From contig CAWKNZ010000002.1 of NCBI GenBank assembly GCA_963851265.1, positions 1,632,001 through 1,696,000 on the forward strand: a stretch of DNA of 64,000 nt, read 5' to 3'. Shown in pieces: positions 19,730 to 29,454 of the stretch (positions within the stretch are counted from its first letter, which is position 1; each line of letters begins with the position of its first letter). The position numbers were made by a program, and so were the translations under genes. The notes beneath the pieces were generated by a model, which worked only from the letters and a program-made list of their open reading frames with translations, had not been told where the DNA came from and ran no database searches. This DNA is from an uncultured Gemmatimonadales bacterium. GTDB lineage: Bacteria; Gemmatimonadota; Gemmatimonadetes; Gemmatimonadales; Gemmatimonadaceae.

Positions 19730-22700
19730 GGTGCGGCGTTCAGGCGCCGGAAGTACTCGAGGACGAGCCGGCGCTCCTCGGGCGGCAGCGTGCGCAGCTC
19801 GTTCCACGTCGGCGGCGCGACTCGCGTGGCGGATCGGCCACGGGTGGCCCCGTCGGCCGGCGCGCCGTCCCCCACCGTCACCCCCGCGCGCGCCTGGCGC
19901 GGTCCCTGGTCGTCCTGCTCGTCGCGTTCGAGCGACTGCCCGGCCTCAAGGAGTTTGCGGTAGAGCTGCTGCTGGCGGGCGAGCGTCGCCGCATCGCGCG
20001 CCGCGCCGCCGGCGGCTTCGCGGTCAAGCGCAGCGGCGAGTGTACGCGCTTCGCGCGCGAGTTCGTCGCTGCGGCCGCTCGGGTCGCCGTCGCCCAGCTG
20101 TTCGAGCCGGTCCGCGATGGCGCGCTGCTGGTCGGCAAGGCGACGCGCGCCATCGCGACCGCCGCTCCCCTGGCCGGGTACGCGGGCGGCGCCCTGCCCT
20201 TCCCCGGGCTTGGCGCCCCGCCCCGTCTTGCCCTCCGCGCCCGCGCTCCCCGAACCGGGCTGGGGCAGGCCGAGCGACTGCGCGTTGAGCCGGGCCTGTT
20301 GTCCCGCGGCGGCCCGGAACTCGGCGAGCACGTCCTCGGCTCCGGCCGCGCTCGCCGCGTCGCGCACCCGCGCGCGGTCGCGCACGAGGGCCCCCGCGGC
20401 GCGCGCGAGCGCGTCCTGTGCGTCGGCCATCGCCGCGTCGGGATTCCGCCCGCCGCCGCGCGGCGCCCCGCCGCGCCCGAGCTCGCCGCCCGGCGTGCTG
20501 CCGCTCGGCGATCCGCCGCCACTCGGCGAGGCGCCAGACGCCGAGCCGCTCGGGGGTTCGCCGCCGGGAGACCCGCCGCCGGGTTGACCGCCCTGCGCGC
20601 CCCCCTGACGCTCGAGCGCGCGCGCCGCAGCGCCAACTTGCTGGCGCGCCTCGTCCATCGCGCGCCGCGTGCGCTCCGAAAGCAGCGCCGAGGTGCGCCC
20701 CGCCTGCGCGAGCCGGCGCGCGGTCTGCTCCACGCCGTCGCGCACGGCGGCCTCTGCGCTCCGCGCGCCAGCCGGGTCGGCGCCCGACCTCGCCGCCTCG
20801 CGCACCGCGGCCTGCTCGCGCGCGAGCTGCGCGGTCTCGCTCGCCGCGCGGTCGAGTTCCGCGCCTAACGCGGTCTTCCACGCATCGATCTGCGCCGCGC
20901 GCCCCTTTGCCAGCGCGTCCGCCGCCGCGCGCATCTCCGCCGACGCGGCCTGCGCGGACGCCTCCGCCCCGCCGTCGCCGCCGTCCTGGGCGCCGGACGG
21001 ACTCGCGCCGGACTGGTTCGCCCCAGGCTGATTCGAGCCAGGCTGATTCGAGCCAGGCTGACTCGCGCCCTTCGGCGCGCCGGACGCTTTCGCCGACGCC
21101 TGTGCGGCCGCACGCTGCATCGCCTGCGCCGACCTGGCCGCGTGGGAGTTGGCCTGCGCCGCCGCGGTCGCGCCCGCCGCGGCCTGCTCGCGGTTCAGCC
21201 GCGCGCGAAGCGAGTCGATCGCGTCGCGCACCGCGGTCGCGCGCGCGGCGGTCTGCGCCGGCGACTCGCCGGCAGTGCGCTCGGCGCGCGAGGCGGCCGA
21301 CTCCTGCCCGGCGCGCGGGACCGCACGCGCCTCGGCGGCCGCGACCTCGCGCGCCTCGTCACCCAACGTCTGCATCGCGCCCTCGAGCGCGGCGCGGCGT
21401 AGCACGTCGGCGGTGCGCTCCAGCCGCTCACGCAGCGCGCGCTGCGCTTCGGCCAACTGCTCCAACGTTTCGCGCGTCTGCGACGCGCTCATCCCGGCGC
21501 CGCCCTGCGCCATCGCGCCGAGCTTCGCTTCGAGTTCGGGGGTGAGCGCCTCGCGCAACATGCGGCGCGCGTCGGCCAGCTGCCGCGCGAGCGCCGTGTC
21601 GAGCGCGCCCGCCTGCTGCAGGCGCCGCTCGAGCGCCTCGGTCTGCGCGCGCGCGGCCGCCACCGTCGACGCGAGCTGCCGCTGTTGGGCGGCGAGGGCG
21701 CGCGCGCGCTCGGCCGCCTCGTAGCCTAACGGAGCACCCGCGGCGTTCGGCGGCGACCCCGCGGCGGCCTCGCCGCGCGCGGCCGCCGCACGCTCCGCGT
21801 CCGATCCGGCCGCGCGACTCGTCGGCGAGCTGCCCGCGGCGCCCGCGAACGCGCGGCTCCGCGCGGCCTCGGCCGTCCGCTGCTGCAGGTCGCGGGCGGC
21901 GGTGAGCGCGGCCGCGACGCCGGCGAGCGCGGAATCGCTCGTCGCCCGCGCCGCCGTGCGGAGCGCGGTCACGGTCGGTGCGGACAGCACGAGCGGCGCA
22001 CTCCAGCCGCGCTGCGCCCACGGCGACGCGTCGACGGCCTCGACGCGCACGACCGCCGTCTCGCCGGGGCCGATCCCGAGGCGCGCGGGGTCGACGGTGG
22101 CCGTGCCGCTCCACGCGGCGGTGATTCCCGCACCCGCGGCGAGCAGCACCGCCGGCGCGCCGGCGGCGGCCTCACGCCCGTCGGCCCCACGCCGCAACAC
22201 GTGCAGCCGCACGGAGGCGAGGCCGTGGTCGTCGCTCGCGGTGACCGCGACGGCCACGGGCGACGCGCCGTCGTACGCCGCCGTGCGCAGTGCGGCGGCA
22301 GCGACCGGCGCCGCGTCGGGCACCGCGACGACGACGAACGGCTCCGGAACGTCGACGGGGCCGCCGTCGCGTGCGACCGCGTCCCACGCGAGACGCACCG
22401 CACCGCCCGGCGTCCAGCGCACCGCGAGCGAGTCGCCATCGCGGGCCGCCGCGTACGCCGCGCCGCCGGCGACGAGCGCCGCGCGCGCGAGCGGCGCGGA
22501 CGCGTGCGCCCGCAGTTCGAGCACCGTCCCGCGCGGCACGCGCACCGTGTCGGACGGCGGAAGCTCCGCGTCGGGCACGCCGAGGTACACGGGGTAGACC
22601 GCGTGCAGCCGTACGCCGCCGACGAAGGCGCGGTCGTCGACCGCGACCCGGAGCGTGTCGGTGCGCGCGCGCCCATCGGTGGCCACCGCGGCGAGGTCCG

Positions 22701-23475
22701 CGTCGAGCGCGCCGATCGCGAACGCCGCGCGCCCGCGGGCGTCGGGCACCGCCTCGCGCGTCTCCCACCCGCGCCCCGCGACGCGCCACGCGAGCGCGAC
22801 GCGGCGGCGCCCCGGGGCGTCGAGCGTCAGCTGCACCGCGCGCCCGCGCGCGGTACGCGCGGGCGCGCCGACGAAGTGCAGCGGGGCGAGCAGCGTTCCG
22901 CGCGCCGCGTCCACCGGGTGCGCGAGCGCGGCCGCGCCGTCGTCCCACCGGCGCGCGCTCGCGACGAGCAGCGCGACCCCCGCGGCGAGGGCGACGCCGC
23001 CGCCGGCCGCGCCGCGAGCGAGTTCGCGCCGCCACGCCGGCGCGAGCGCGTCGGCGCGCGGCGAGAGCGCGGGCGCGAGCTGCGCCGCCGCGAACGCGCC
23101 CATCGTCCCGGCCCCGCCGACCTCGAGCGCGACGCGGAGCGCGCCCGCGCGGAGCGCGCGCTCGGCCTCCACGTGCCGCACCACCGCGTCGCGCGCGGTC
23201 GCGCGGCGCACCCGGCGCGCGGCCGCGGCCGCCCCCGCGGCGCCGAACGCGCCTAACGTCACCCAGCACAGGGCGGGCGCGGCCGCCGGCCCCGAGAGCC
23301 AGCGCCCGTCGCCGAGCGCCCAGACCGCGCCGGCTGCGACCACGGCCACGCCGGCGCCCGCGGCACCCACGCCGGCGACGCGCGCCAGGCGCACCGCGCC
23401 GGCACGCTCGCGCGCGACGCGGTCGGCCAGCGGCTCGGCCGCGATCGGGAGGAGTGGCCCGACGGCGGTGCTCAT
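19726..23475 (-). CDS. Large membrane-anchored coiled-coil protein (DUF4175-like)
   Basis: N-terminal TM segments, beta-rich middle with ASDDHGL, long coiled coils, C-terminal LPPEERRLVLEYFRRL; ATGA overlap with upstream gene. Confidence 0.7.
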   Translation of the reverse strand: MSTAVGPLLPIAAEPLADRVARERAGAVRLARVAGVGAAGAGVAVVAAGAVWALGDGRWLSGPAAAPALCWVTLGAFGAAGAAAAARRVRRATARDAVVRHVEAERALRAGALRVALEVGGAGTMGAFAAAQLAPALSPRADALAPAWRRELARGAAGGGVALAAGVALLVASARRWDDGAAALAHPVDAARGTLLAPLHFVGAPARTARGRAVQLTLDAPGRRRVALAWRVAGRGWETREAVPDARGRAAFAIGALDADLAAVATDGRARTDTLRVAVDDRAFVGGVRLHAVYPVYLGVPDAELPPSDTVRVPRGTVLELRAHASAPLARAALVAGGAAYAAARDGDSLAVRWTPGGAVRLAWDAVARDGGPVDVPEPFVVVAVPDAAPVAAAALRTAAYDGASPVAVAVTASDDHGLASVRLHVLRRGADGREAAAGAPAVLLAAGAGITAAWSGTATVDPARLGIGPGETAVVRVEAVDASPWAQRGWSAPLVLSAPTVTALRTAARATSDSALAGVAAALTAARDLQQRTAEAARSRAFAGAAGSSPTSRAAGSDAERAAAARGEAAAGSPPNAAGAPLGYEAAERARALAAQQRQLASTVAAARAQTEALERRLQQAGALDTALARQLADARRMLREALTPELEAKLGAMAQGGAGMSASQTRETLEQLAEAQRALRERLERTADVLRRAALEGAMQTLGDEAREVAAAEARAVPRAGQESAASRAERTAGESPAQTAARATAVRDAIDSLRARLNREQAAAGATAAAQANSHAARSAQAMQRAAAQASAKASGAPKGASQPGSNQPGSNQPGANQSGASPSGAQDGGDGGAEASAQAASAEMRAAADALAKGRAAQIDAWKTALGAELDRAASETAQLAREQAAVREAARSGADPAGARSAEAAVRDGVEQTARRLAQAGRTSALLSERTRRAMDEARQQVGAAARALERQGGAQGGQPGGGSPGGEPPSGSASGASPSGGGSPSGSTPGGELGRGGAPRGGGRNPDAAMADAQDALARAAGALVRDRARVRDAASAAGAEDVLAEFRAAAGQQARLNAQSLGLPQPGSGSAGAEGKTGRGAKPGEGQGAARVPGQGSGGRDGARRLADQQRAIADRLEQLGDGDPSGRSDELAREARTLAAALDREAAGGAARDAATLARQQQLYRKLLEAGQSLERDEQDDQGPRQARAGVTVGDGAPADGATRGRSATRVAPPTWNELRTLPPEERRLVLEYFRRLNAAP
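21023..21067. repeat. Three copies of an in-frame 15-bp tandem repeat (QPGSN-type peptide)
   Basis: CCAGGCTGATTCGAG x2 plus CCAGGCTGACTCGCG. Confidence 0.85.
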
Positions 23476-24185
23476 CCCGATCGCGCCGTCACGGCATACA
23501 CGAACAGGTTCACCCCCATGCGCAGCGCCTGCTCGTGCAGGGCCGGCGGGTCGCCCGGATACGTGCCCACGTTCTCCCAGCCGTTGCCGAGGTCGCACTC
23601 GACCGTGTAGAACACCGCCAGCCGGTCGCCGACGAAGATGCCGTACCCGCGAGCCGGCTTGCCGTCGTGCTCGTGGATCTTGGGCAGGCCGCGCGGGAAG
23701 TCGTAGACGAGGTGGTAGATCGGGTGCGTGCGCGGCACCTCGACGAGCGGACGGTCGGGAAAGACGCGCGCGATCTCGCGGCGGAAGCTCGCGTCCATGC
23801 CGTAGTTGTCGTCGGCGTGCAGGAATCCGCCCCGCAACAGGTACTCGCGCAGCCGCGCGACGTCGCCCGGGCTGAATTTCACCTCGCCGTGCCCGGTCAT
23901 GTGCAGGTACGGGTAGTCCCACAGGCGGTCGTCGTCGAGACGCACGCGCGCCTCGGCCGGCGCGGGGCGCAGCGTCGTGCGCTCACGCACGGCGGCGAGC
24001 AGGTTGGGCAGACTCGACGGGTTGGCGTACCAGTCTCCGCCGCCGTCGTACTGCAGGCGCGCGATCGTGAGGGGGGGCGGTGACACCGAGCGCAGCGCGG
24101 CCGGCGGCGTGGCCGACGCGCCCGCATACAGCGCGGCACCGGCGAGCACCACGCCGCGCGCGCGCCGGCCCGCGGCCGCACCCAC
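23472..24185 (-). CDS. DUF4159-domain protein
   Basis: IARLQYDGGGDWYANPSSLPNL, YPYLHMTGHG, GGFLHADDNYG, PKIHEHDG, DLGNGWE, ALRMGVN; start approximate. Confidence 0.85.
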   Translation of the reverse strand: MGAAAGRRARGVVLAGAALYAGASATPPAALRSVSPPPLTIARLQYDGGGDWYANPSSLPNLLAAVRERTTLRPAPAEARVRLDDDRLWDYPYLHMTGHGEVKFSPGDVARLREYLLRGGFLHADDNYGMDASFRREIARVFPDRPLVEVPRTHPIYHLVYDFPRGLPKIHEHDGKPARGYGIFVGDRLAVFYTVECDLGNGWENVGTYPGDPPALHEQALRMGVNLFVYAVTARSG

Positions 24186-24189
24186 CTGC

Positions 24190-25104
24190 CTAACGCTCGC
24201 CCACGCCCGCCGCCGACCGATCGACCCCACGATCCTCCCCGCGTTCTTCCTGCGTGATCCGGTACGCCGCATTCCGCCCGATGCCGAACGCCTCCGCCAA
24301 CGCCTGCGCCGCGGCGCGGGGCGGCGTGCCGCCCGTGAGGAGCGCGCGCGCCCGCTCCCGCACCGCCGCCTCGTCGATCGCGTCGTGCGCGGCGGTCGCG
24401 GGGCGCCCCGCGACTACCAGCACGACCTCGCCGCGCGGCGCGGTGGTGCCGTGATACGCCGCGAGTTCGCCGAGCGTTCCCCGCCGGATCTCCTCGTACT
24501 GTTTGGTCAGCTCGCGGGCGACCGCGGCCGGGCGATCCGCGCCGCAGGCCTCCGCGAGGTCCGCGAGGGTGTCGGGCACCCGGCCCGGCGCCTCGTACAC
24601 GATGGTGGTGTACGGCGACGCGGCGATCGCGGCGAGGTCTGCCGTCCGTTCGCGCCCCCGTCGCGCGAGGAACCCGAAGAACGTGAACCGCTCGGCGTCG
24701 AGCCCGCTCGCCACGAGCGCGGCGAGCAACGCCGACGCGCCCGGCAGCGGCACGACGGCCACGCCACCGGCGATTGCGGCCGCGACGAGCCGCGCGCCGG
24801 GGTCCGACAGGAGGGGCGTGCCCGCATCCGAGACGAGCGCGAACGTCTCGCCGGCGACCAGCCGCGCGACGAGTCCCTCGCTTCGGCGCGCTTCGTTGTG
24901 CTCGTGCACCGACAACGTCGGCGCGCGGGAGCCCAGGTGGTCGAGCAGGCGTCGCGAGTGTCGCGTGTCCTCGCACAGTACCGCGTCGGCCGTCCGCAAC
25001 ACCTCGGCCGCGCGCGCCGTGATGTCGCCGAGGTTGCCGATCGGCGTCGAGACGAGGAAGAGCGTGCCTCGCGCGGTGGCGCCGGGTGGCGCGGTGCCCG
25101 ACAT
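24190..25104 (-). CDS. rsmI: 16S rRNA C1402 2'-O-methyltransferase
   Basis: LFLVSTPIGNLGDIT, CEDTR, VSDAGTPLLSDPG, ARELTKQYEE. Confidence 0.96.
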   Translation of the reverse strand: MSGTAPPGATARGTLFLVSTPIGNLGDITARAAEVLRTADAVLCEDTRHSRRLLDHLGSRAPTLSVHEHNEARRSEGLVARLVAGETFALVSDAGTPLLSDPGARLVAAAIAGGVAVVPLPGASALLAALVASGLDAERFTFFGFLARRGRERTADLAAIAASPYTTIVYEAPGRVPDTLADLAEACGADRPAAVARELTKQYEEIRRGTLGELAAYHGTTAPRGEVVLVVAGRPATAAHDAIDEAAVRERARALLTGGTPPRAAAQALAEAFGIGRNAAYRITQEERGEDRGVDRSAAGVGER

Positions 25105-25228
25105 ACCCTCGCAACATACGCGACCGCGCGGGCCGAAATGCAGCGAGGGCGGGGCGGCCCGGTGCGCGAACGCACCGGACTGCCCCGCCCTCGCACCCGC
25201 GCCACGACCGCGGGCGGGAGACTCGGCC

Positions 25229-25555
25229 TTACGCCGCGTGCTGCTTGAACTTCGCTTCGAGCGCCGACTTGGGCACCGCGCCGACGACCGTGTCGACCAC
25301 TTTTCCGCCCTTGAAGAACAGGATCTGCGGGATCGACCGGATGTTGAACTTCATCGCCGTCTGCTGATTGCTGTCGACGTCGAGCTTGAGCACCTTCGCC
25401 TTGCCGTCGTATTCCTGGGCGAGCTGGTCGACGACCGGCGAGATCATGCGGCACGGCCCGCACCACGTCGCCCAGAAGTCGACGACGGTGAGTCCGTCGT
25501 GCTGCTCGACTTCGCTCTGGAAGTCGGCGTCGGTCACTGCGTTCACGTTCGCCAT
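25229..25555 (-). CDS. trxA: Thioredoxin
   Basis: VDFWATWCGPC, IRSIP; GAGGA RBS. Confidence 0.96.
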   Translation of the reverse strand: MANVNAVTDADFQSEVEQHDGLTVVDFWATWCGPCRMISPVVDQLAQEYDGKAKVLKLDVDSNQQTAMKFNIRSIPQILFFKGGKVVDTVVGAVPKSALEAKFKQHAA

Positions 25556-25651
25556 GCTGTTCCTCGCAGGCCCACGTCGGCCTGCCGTCGTCGGGGGCCT
25601 CGCGGCCCGGTGACTTACCTTGAGTGCGACCACGCGCCCGTTTCGACGCCC

Positions 25652-26140
25652 ATGACCGCTCCGAATCCTACGTCTGATACCCCGCCGCCCGCGGCAAGTG
25701 CGCCCGCGGCCGACGTCACAGAAAAAAACACGAACCCGCCGGCCGCGCGCGGCACGCGCATCGCGCACGTCGGCATCGCCGTCGAGAGCCTCGCGGGGAT
25801 TGTGCCCCTGTACCGCGACGTGCTCGGAATGTCCGAGGTGCCGCTCGACGACGCCGACGGCGCCCGCATCGCGGCCGTGGCCGCCGGCGAGTCGCTCGTC
25901 GAGCTGCTGGAGCCGGCCGAGCCCGGATCGCCGATCGGCAAGTTCATCGCCAGGCGCGGGCCCGGGATTCATCACGTCTGCTTCGCCGTCGACGACCTCG
26001 ACGCGGCACTCGCACGCTGCCGCGCCGCCGGCGTCCGCCTCGTCGACGAGGTGCCGCGGCTCGGCGCAGAAGGCAAGCGCATCGCGTTCCTCCACCCGAG
26101 CGCGACCGGGGGCGTGCTGGTCGAACTGAGCGAGCACTGA
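25652..26140 (+). CDS. mce: Methylmalonyl-CoA epimerase (VOC family)
   Basis: IAHVGIAV, SPIGKFIARRGPGIHHVCFAV, GAEGKRIAFLHP..TGGVLVEL. Confidence 0.9.
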   Translation: MTAPNPTSDTPPPAASAPAADVTEKNTNPPAARGTRIAHVGIAVESLAGIVPLYRDVLGMSEVPLDDADGARIAAVAAGESLVELLEPAEPGSPIGKFIARRGPGIHHVCFAVDDLDAALARCRAAGVRLVDEVPRLGAEGKRIAFLHPSATGGVLVELSEH

Positions 26141-26153
26141 ACGAGACTGGCGC

Positions 26154-26183
26154 GGCGGGTGCGCGGCCGAGCCCGCACCCGCC
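26154..26183. terminator. Hairpin between convergent genes
   Basis: 10-bp stem GGCGGGTGCG/CGCACCCGCC. Confidence 0.45.
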
Positions 26184-26206
26184 CTGTCGTCTCGCCTCAC
26201 TTCACC

Positions 26207-26716
26207 TCACCGCGGGCGGCAGAGGTCGCTCACCGCGTCGATGTCGAACGCCTGCACGAACCACCGGTTGCCCGGCCCCGATACCACGGTGAAGCGCGTC
26301 TGCCGCACGAGCTCGCGCTGGCGCAACTCGACCGTCACCGTGCGGTCACCCGTCGAGCCGATGCCGGGGACGTCGCCGAGCACGCGGGCGGAGTCGTGGG
26401 CGAGATAGCAGGCGAGGGCGATCATCCGCTTCTCGACGTCGGGCGCCGGATCGCGCACCGTCGTGGGCCCGGCGCGCGTGCCGAAGTACCCGCTCATCGT
26501 CCGCGCGTCCGCGGTCTGCGCCCCGCGGAGGAATCCCTCGACGGCGATCGTACTCGTCGCCCCACCCGGTCCGGCCGCGGGGGCGGCGACTGGCTGCGGT
26601 GAGGGGCGCGGCGGCGTACTCGAGCAGGCCGCGATGGTCGCGCTCGCGAAGACGACCGCGGCAGCAGTCACCCCGGTGGATCGGACGAGTATGTTTCCCA
26701 ACGTGTGCCCGGGCAT
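26207..26716 (-). CDS. Hypothetical lipoprotein
   Basis: Hydrophobic leader ending IAAC, compact domain with two further Cys; start uncertain. Confidence 0.7.
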   Translation of the reverse strand: MPGHTLGNILVRSTGVTAAAVVFASATIAACSSTPPRPSPQPVAAPAAGPGGATSTIAVEGFLRGAQTADARTMSGYFGTRAGPTTVRDPAPDVEKRMIALACYLAHDSARVLGDVPGIGSTGDRTVTVELRQRELVRQTRFTVVSGPGNRWFVQAFDIDAVSDLCRPR

Positions 26717-26851
26717 GAGGTCGGGCGCGCGCCCCGGCCGGACGCACGACGCGGCGCGCAAGCTAGCGCGCCGCACCGGGCCGGTGCGGCGCCGACCGAC
26801 GCCCGGCGCCCGCCCGTTCCGCGCTTTCATCCGCCACCCGTCGCCTCGCGC

Positions 26852-27646
26852 ATGTCCGACGCACAGCCCCAACGGCCCGCCCCGCTGCCGTACCAGCGGC
26901 TGTACGTCAACATCGATCACGTCGCGACACTCCGGCAGGCGCGCCGCGGCGACGAGCCCGACCCGGTGGCCGCCGCGCGGGTGTGTGAGGACGCCGGCGC
27001 GGACGGGATTACGGTGCACCTGCGCGAGGACCGGCGTCACATCCAAGACGACGACGTCGAACGCCTGGCGCCCGTGGTGCGCACCGTGCTCAATCTCGAG
27101 ATGGCGGCGACCGACGAGATGGTCGCGCTCGCCCTGCGTCTGCGGCCGCACCAGGTGACGATCGTGCCGGAACGACGCGAGGAAGTGACGACCGAAGGCG
27201 GGCTCGACGTGCGACGCGGCGGCGACCGCCTCGCGCGCCACGTCGCGACGCTCGTCGACGCCGGGGTGCGCACGAGCCTGTTCATCGCGCCGGACGATGA
27301 CACGGTGCGCGCGACGGCCGACCTCGGAGTCGCCGCCGTCGAATTGCACACCGGCCCGTACGCCCACGCGCCGCAGGACCCCGCCACCCGAAATGCGCTC
27401 GCGGCCGCGTCGTCGCTCGCGGCGTCGCGCGGGCTGGCGGTGCACGCGGGACACGGACTCACGGCCGACAACGTCGGCCCGGTCGCGGTGATCGCCGAAG
27501 TCGAGGAGCTGAACATCGGGCACTCGATCGTGAGCCGTGCCGTCTTCGTCGGGCTCGCCGAGAGCGTGCGGGCCGTGCGCGCCGCGATGGACAGGGCCCG
27601 CGCCGGCGCGCCGACCGCCGGTTTCGAGGCGTTGCACCGGGGATGA
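26852..27646 (+). CDS. pdxJ: Pyridoxine 5'-phosphate synthase
   Basis: [61 protein letters not shown]. Confidence 0.97.
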   Translation: MSDAQPQRPAPLPYQRLYVNIDHVATLRQARRGDEPDPVAAARVCEDAGADGITVHLREDRRHIQDDDVERLAPVVRTVLNLEMAATDEMVALALRLRPHQVTIVPERREEVTTEGGLDVRRGGDRLARHVATLVDAGVRTSLFIAPDDDTVRATADLGVAAVELHTGPYAHAPQDPATRNALAAASSLAASRGLAVHAGHGLTADNVGPVAVIAEVEELNIGHSIVSRAVFVGLAESVRAVRAAMDRARAGAPTAGFEALHRG

Positions 27647-28434
27647 CGCACGGCGCCCCGCCCGAGCCCGGGACCGACGCCCGCGTGGTGCCGATCCGCA
27701 CCCTCGCCTACGACGGCGACACCGCGTTCGTCGTCGAGCGTGCGAGCGACCCGCCGGCGACGGCCGCCGGGCGGTTCCGCGCGGCGTCGGCGCCGGTGGC
27801 CGCCCGCGTGGCCGAACAGCTGCGCGTCGCGCGCGACCTGCTCGCGACGCCGGGTCTCGACGCCGGTGCGCGCGCGGCCGTCGGCCGCGGCCTGCGCGCG
27901 GCGGTCGCCGAGTTGCGCGAGTTGGCGGAGAGCTACGACGTCGCCCCCGTGGCCGACGTCTGCCGCGCGCGCGAGGGCGGCGCGGAATCGCTCGATCCGC
28001 GCGCGGTCGCCGGTCTCGAACACGTCGCCCACGGCCTGCTCGACGCGATGGCGGCGGCTCCGGCACGCGACACGCCCGAGGCGCCCGACGCCGCGCCCGA
28101 CGCACTCGTGCCGCCCGACGCCGCGCCGCGGTCCGCCCCGGCGTTCCGGCCGCCGACCGGGCCCGCGCTCGTCGAACTGCTCGAGCACGGCATCACCGGA
28201 CTCGAGAAGTGGCCGGGCACGCCGCTCGACATGCCGGCCGTTCCGGCGCACCCCGCCGCGCCGGCCGCCGACGCGATCGTGTCGATCGAGGCGCTCTGCT
28301 ATCGGGGGCGCGCCGCGCTCGACCGCGCGCGCGAGGTTCGCGACGTGCTCCGATCGGCGCCGGGCGGCGGCGCACCCGACCCGGAACTCCTCGCCGAGCT
28401 GTTCGACCTGCTCGACCTCGCCGCGACGGACTGA
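27643..28434 (+). CDS. Hypothetical protein
   Basis: ATGA overlap with pdxJ; internal repeat [11 protein letters not shown] / [11 protein letters not shown]; coding-like GC3. Confidence 0.75.
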   Translation: MTHGAPPEPGTDARVVPIRTLAYDGDTAFVVERASDPPATAAGRFRAASAPVAARVAEQLRVARDLLATPGLDAGARAAVGRGLRAAVAELRELAESYDVAPVADVCRAREGGAESLDPRAVAGLEHVAHGLLDAMAAAPARDTPEAPDAAPDALVPPDAAPRSAPAFRPPTGPALVELLEHGITGLEKWPGTPLDMPAVPAHPAAPAADAIVSIEALCYRGRAALDRAREVRDVLRSAPGGGAPDPELLAELFDLLDLAATD

Positions 28435-28440
28435 CCCGAC

Positions 28441-29454
28441 GTGCGGCTCGACTGGAAGGCGGGGCTGGGCATCGCGCTGAGCGCGGTGCTCCTGTGGTGG
28501 ACCCTTCACGACATCGACTTCGCGGTGGTGTTGGACGTGCTGCGCGCGTCCAACCCGTGGCTCTGGCTCGCGTCGACCGTCGCGGCGACGCTCATCTTCC
28601 CGGTTCGCGCGCGCCGCTGGCGCACGATCCTCGACCCCGTCGTGCCGGCGCTGCCCTTCCGCCCGCTCTGGCGCGCGACCGCCGTCGGCATGATGGTGAA
28701 CAACGTCGCGCCCGCGCGCGCCGGCGAGATCGCGCGCGTCGCCACGCTCGTCCGCGAGCGCCCGGACGTGCCGTTCACCGCGGCCCTCGCCTCGCTCGCC
28801 GTCGACCGCGCGTTCGACGCGATCGTCCTGCTGCTGCTGCTCTTCGTCGCGCCGCTCGACCCGGCCTTCCCGCGCGGCGTGCGCCTCTACGGCCAGTCGG
28901 TCCCCGCGCTCGCGTTGGGCACGACGGTGCTCACCGTCGTCCTGATCGCCGGCCTGTACGCGCTGGTCATGGCGCCGGACGGCTTCGCGCGCCTGCTGGC
29001 GCGCGCCACGCGCCGGCTCGCGCCGCGCTGGGAGGCGCGCGGGACGGCGGCGGTGCGCAGCTTCGCCGACGGCCTCGGCGTCCTGCGCGACCCGCGGCGG
29101 TTCGCGGCGGTGTTCGCGTGGAGCCTCGCGCACTGGCTGCTCTGCGCGTGGTCGGTGTGGGTGGGGTTCCGCGCGGTGGGGATCACCGCCCCGTTCTCCG
29201 CCGCGCTCTTCCTCAACAGCCTGCTCAGCGTCGCCTCGGCCGTCCCCGCGTCGCCGGGCTTCTTCGGCCTGTTCGAGAGCGTGTCGCGCGTGGGCCTGGC
29301 CGTCTACGGCGTGCCGGCCGCACTCGCCGTGAGCTGGGCGTTAGGCTACCACGTGCTCACGTTCATTCCGATCACCGTGCTCGGCTTCGTCCACCTCGCG
29401 CAACTCGGCCTCACGCTCCACCAGGTCGCGGACGCCGCGGGGTCCCCCGCGTGA
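28441..29454 (+). CDS. Lysylphosphatidylglycerol-synthase TM / UPF0104 flippase-like membrane protein
   Basis: RARRWRTIL, NNVAPARAGE, DRAFD, PASPGFFGLFE; multiple TM helices. Confidence 0.85.
   Translation: MRLDWKAGLGIALSAVLLWWTLHDIDFAVVLDVLRASNPWLWLASTVAATLIFPVRARRWRTILDPVVPALPFRPLWRATAVGMMVNNVAPARAGEIARVATLVRERPDVPFTAALASLAVDRAFDAIVLLLLLFVAPLDPAFPRGVRLYGQSVPALALGTTVLTVVLIAGLYALVMAPDGFARLLARATRRLAPRWEARGTAAVRSFADGLGVLRDPRRFAAVFAWSLAHWLLCAWSVWVGFRAVGITAPFSAALFLNSLLSVASAVPASPGFFGLFESVSRVGLAVYGVPAALAVSWALGYHVLTFIPITVLGFVHLAQLGLTLHQVADAAGSPA

Noticed and set aside
17814..20288. Long + strand ORFs here and many similar shadow ORFs elsewhere (e.g. 13590-15959, 22290-24083, 27037-29133)
   Set aside because: Antisense or alternate-frame artefacts of high GC: Arg/Ala/Pro-rich, no motifs, and overlapping well-supported genes.
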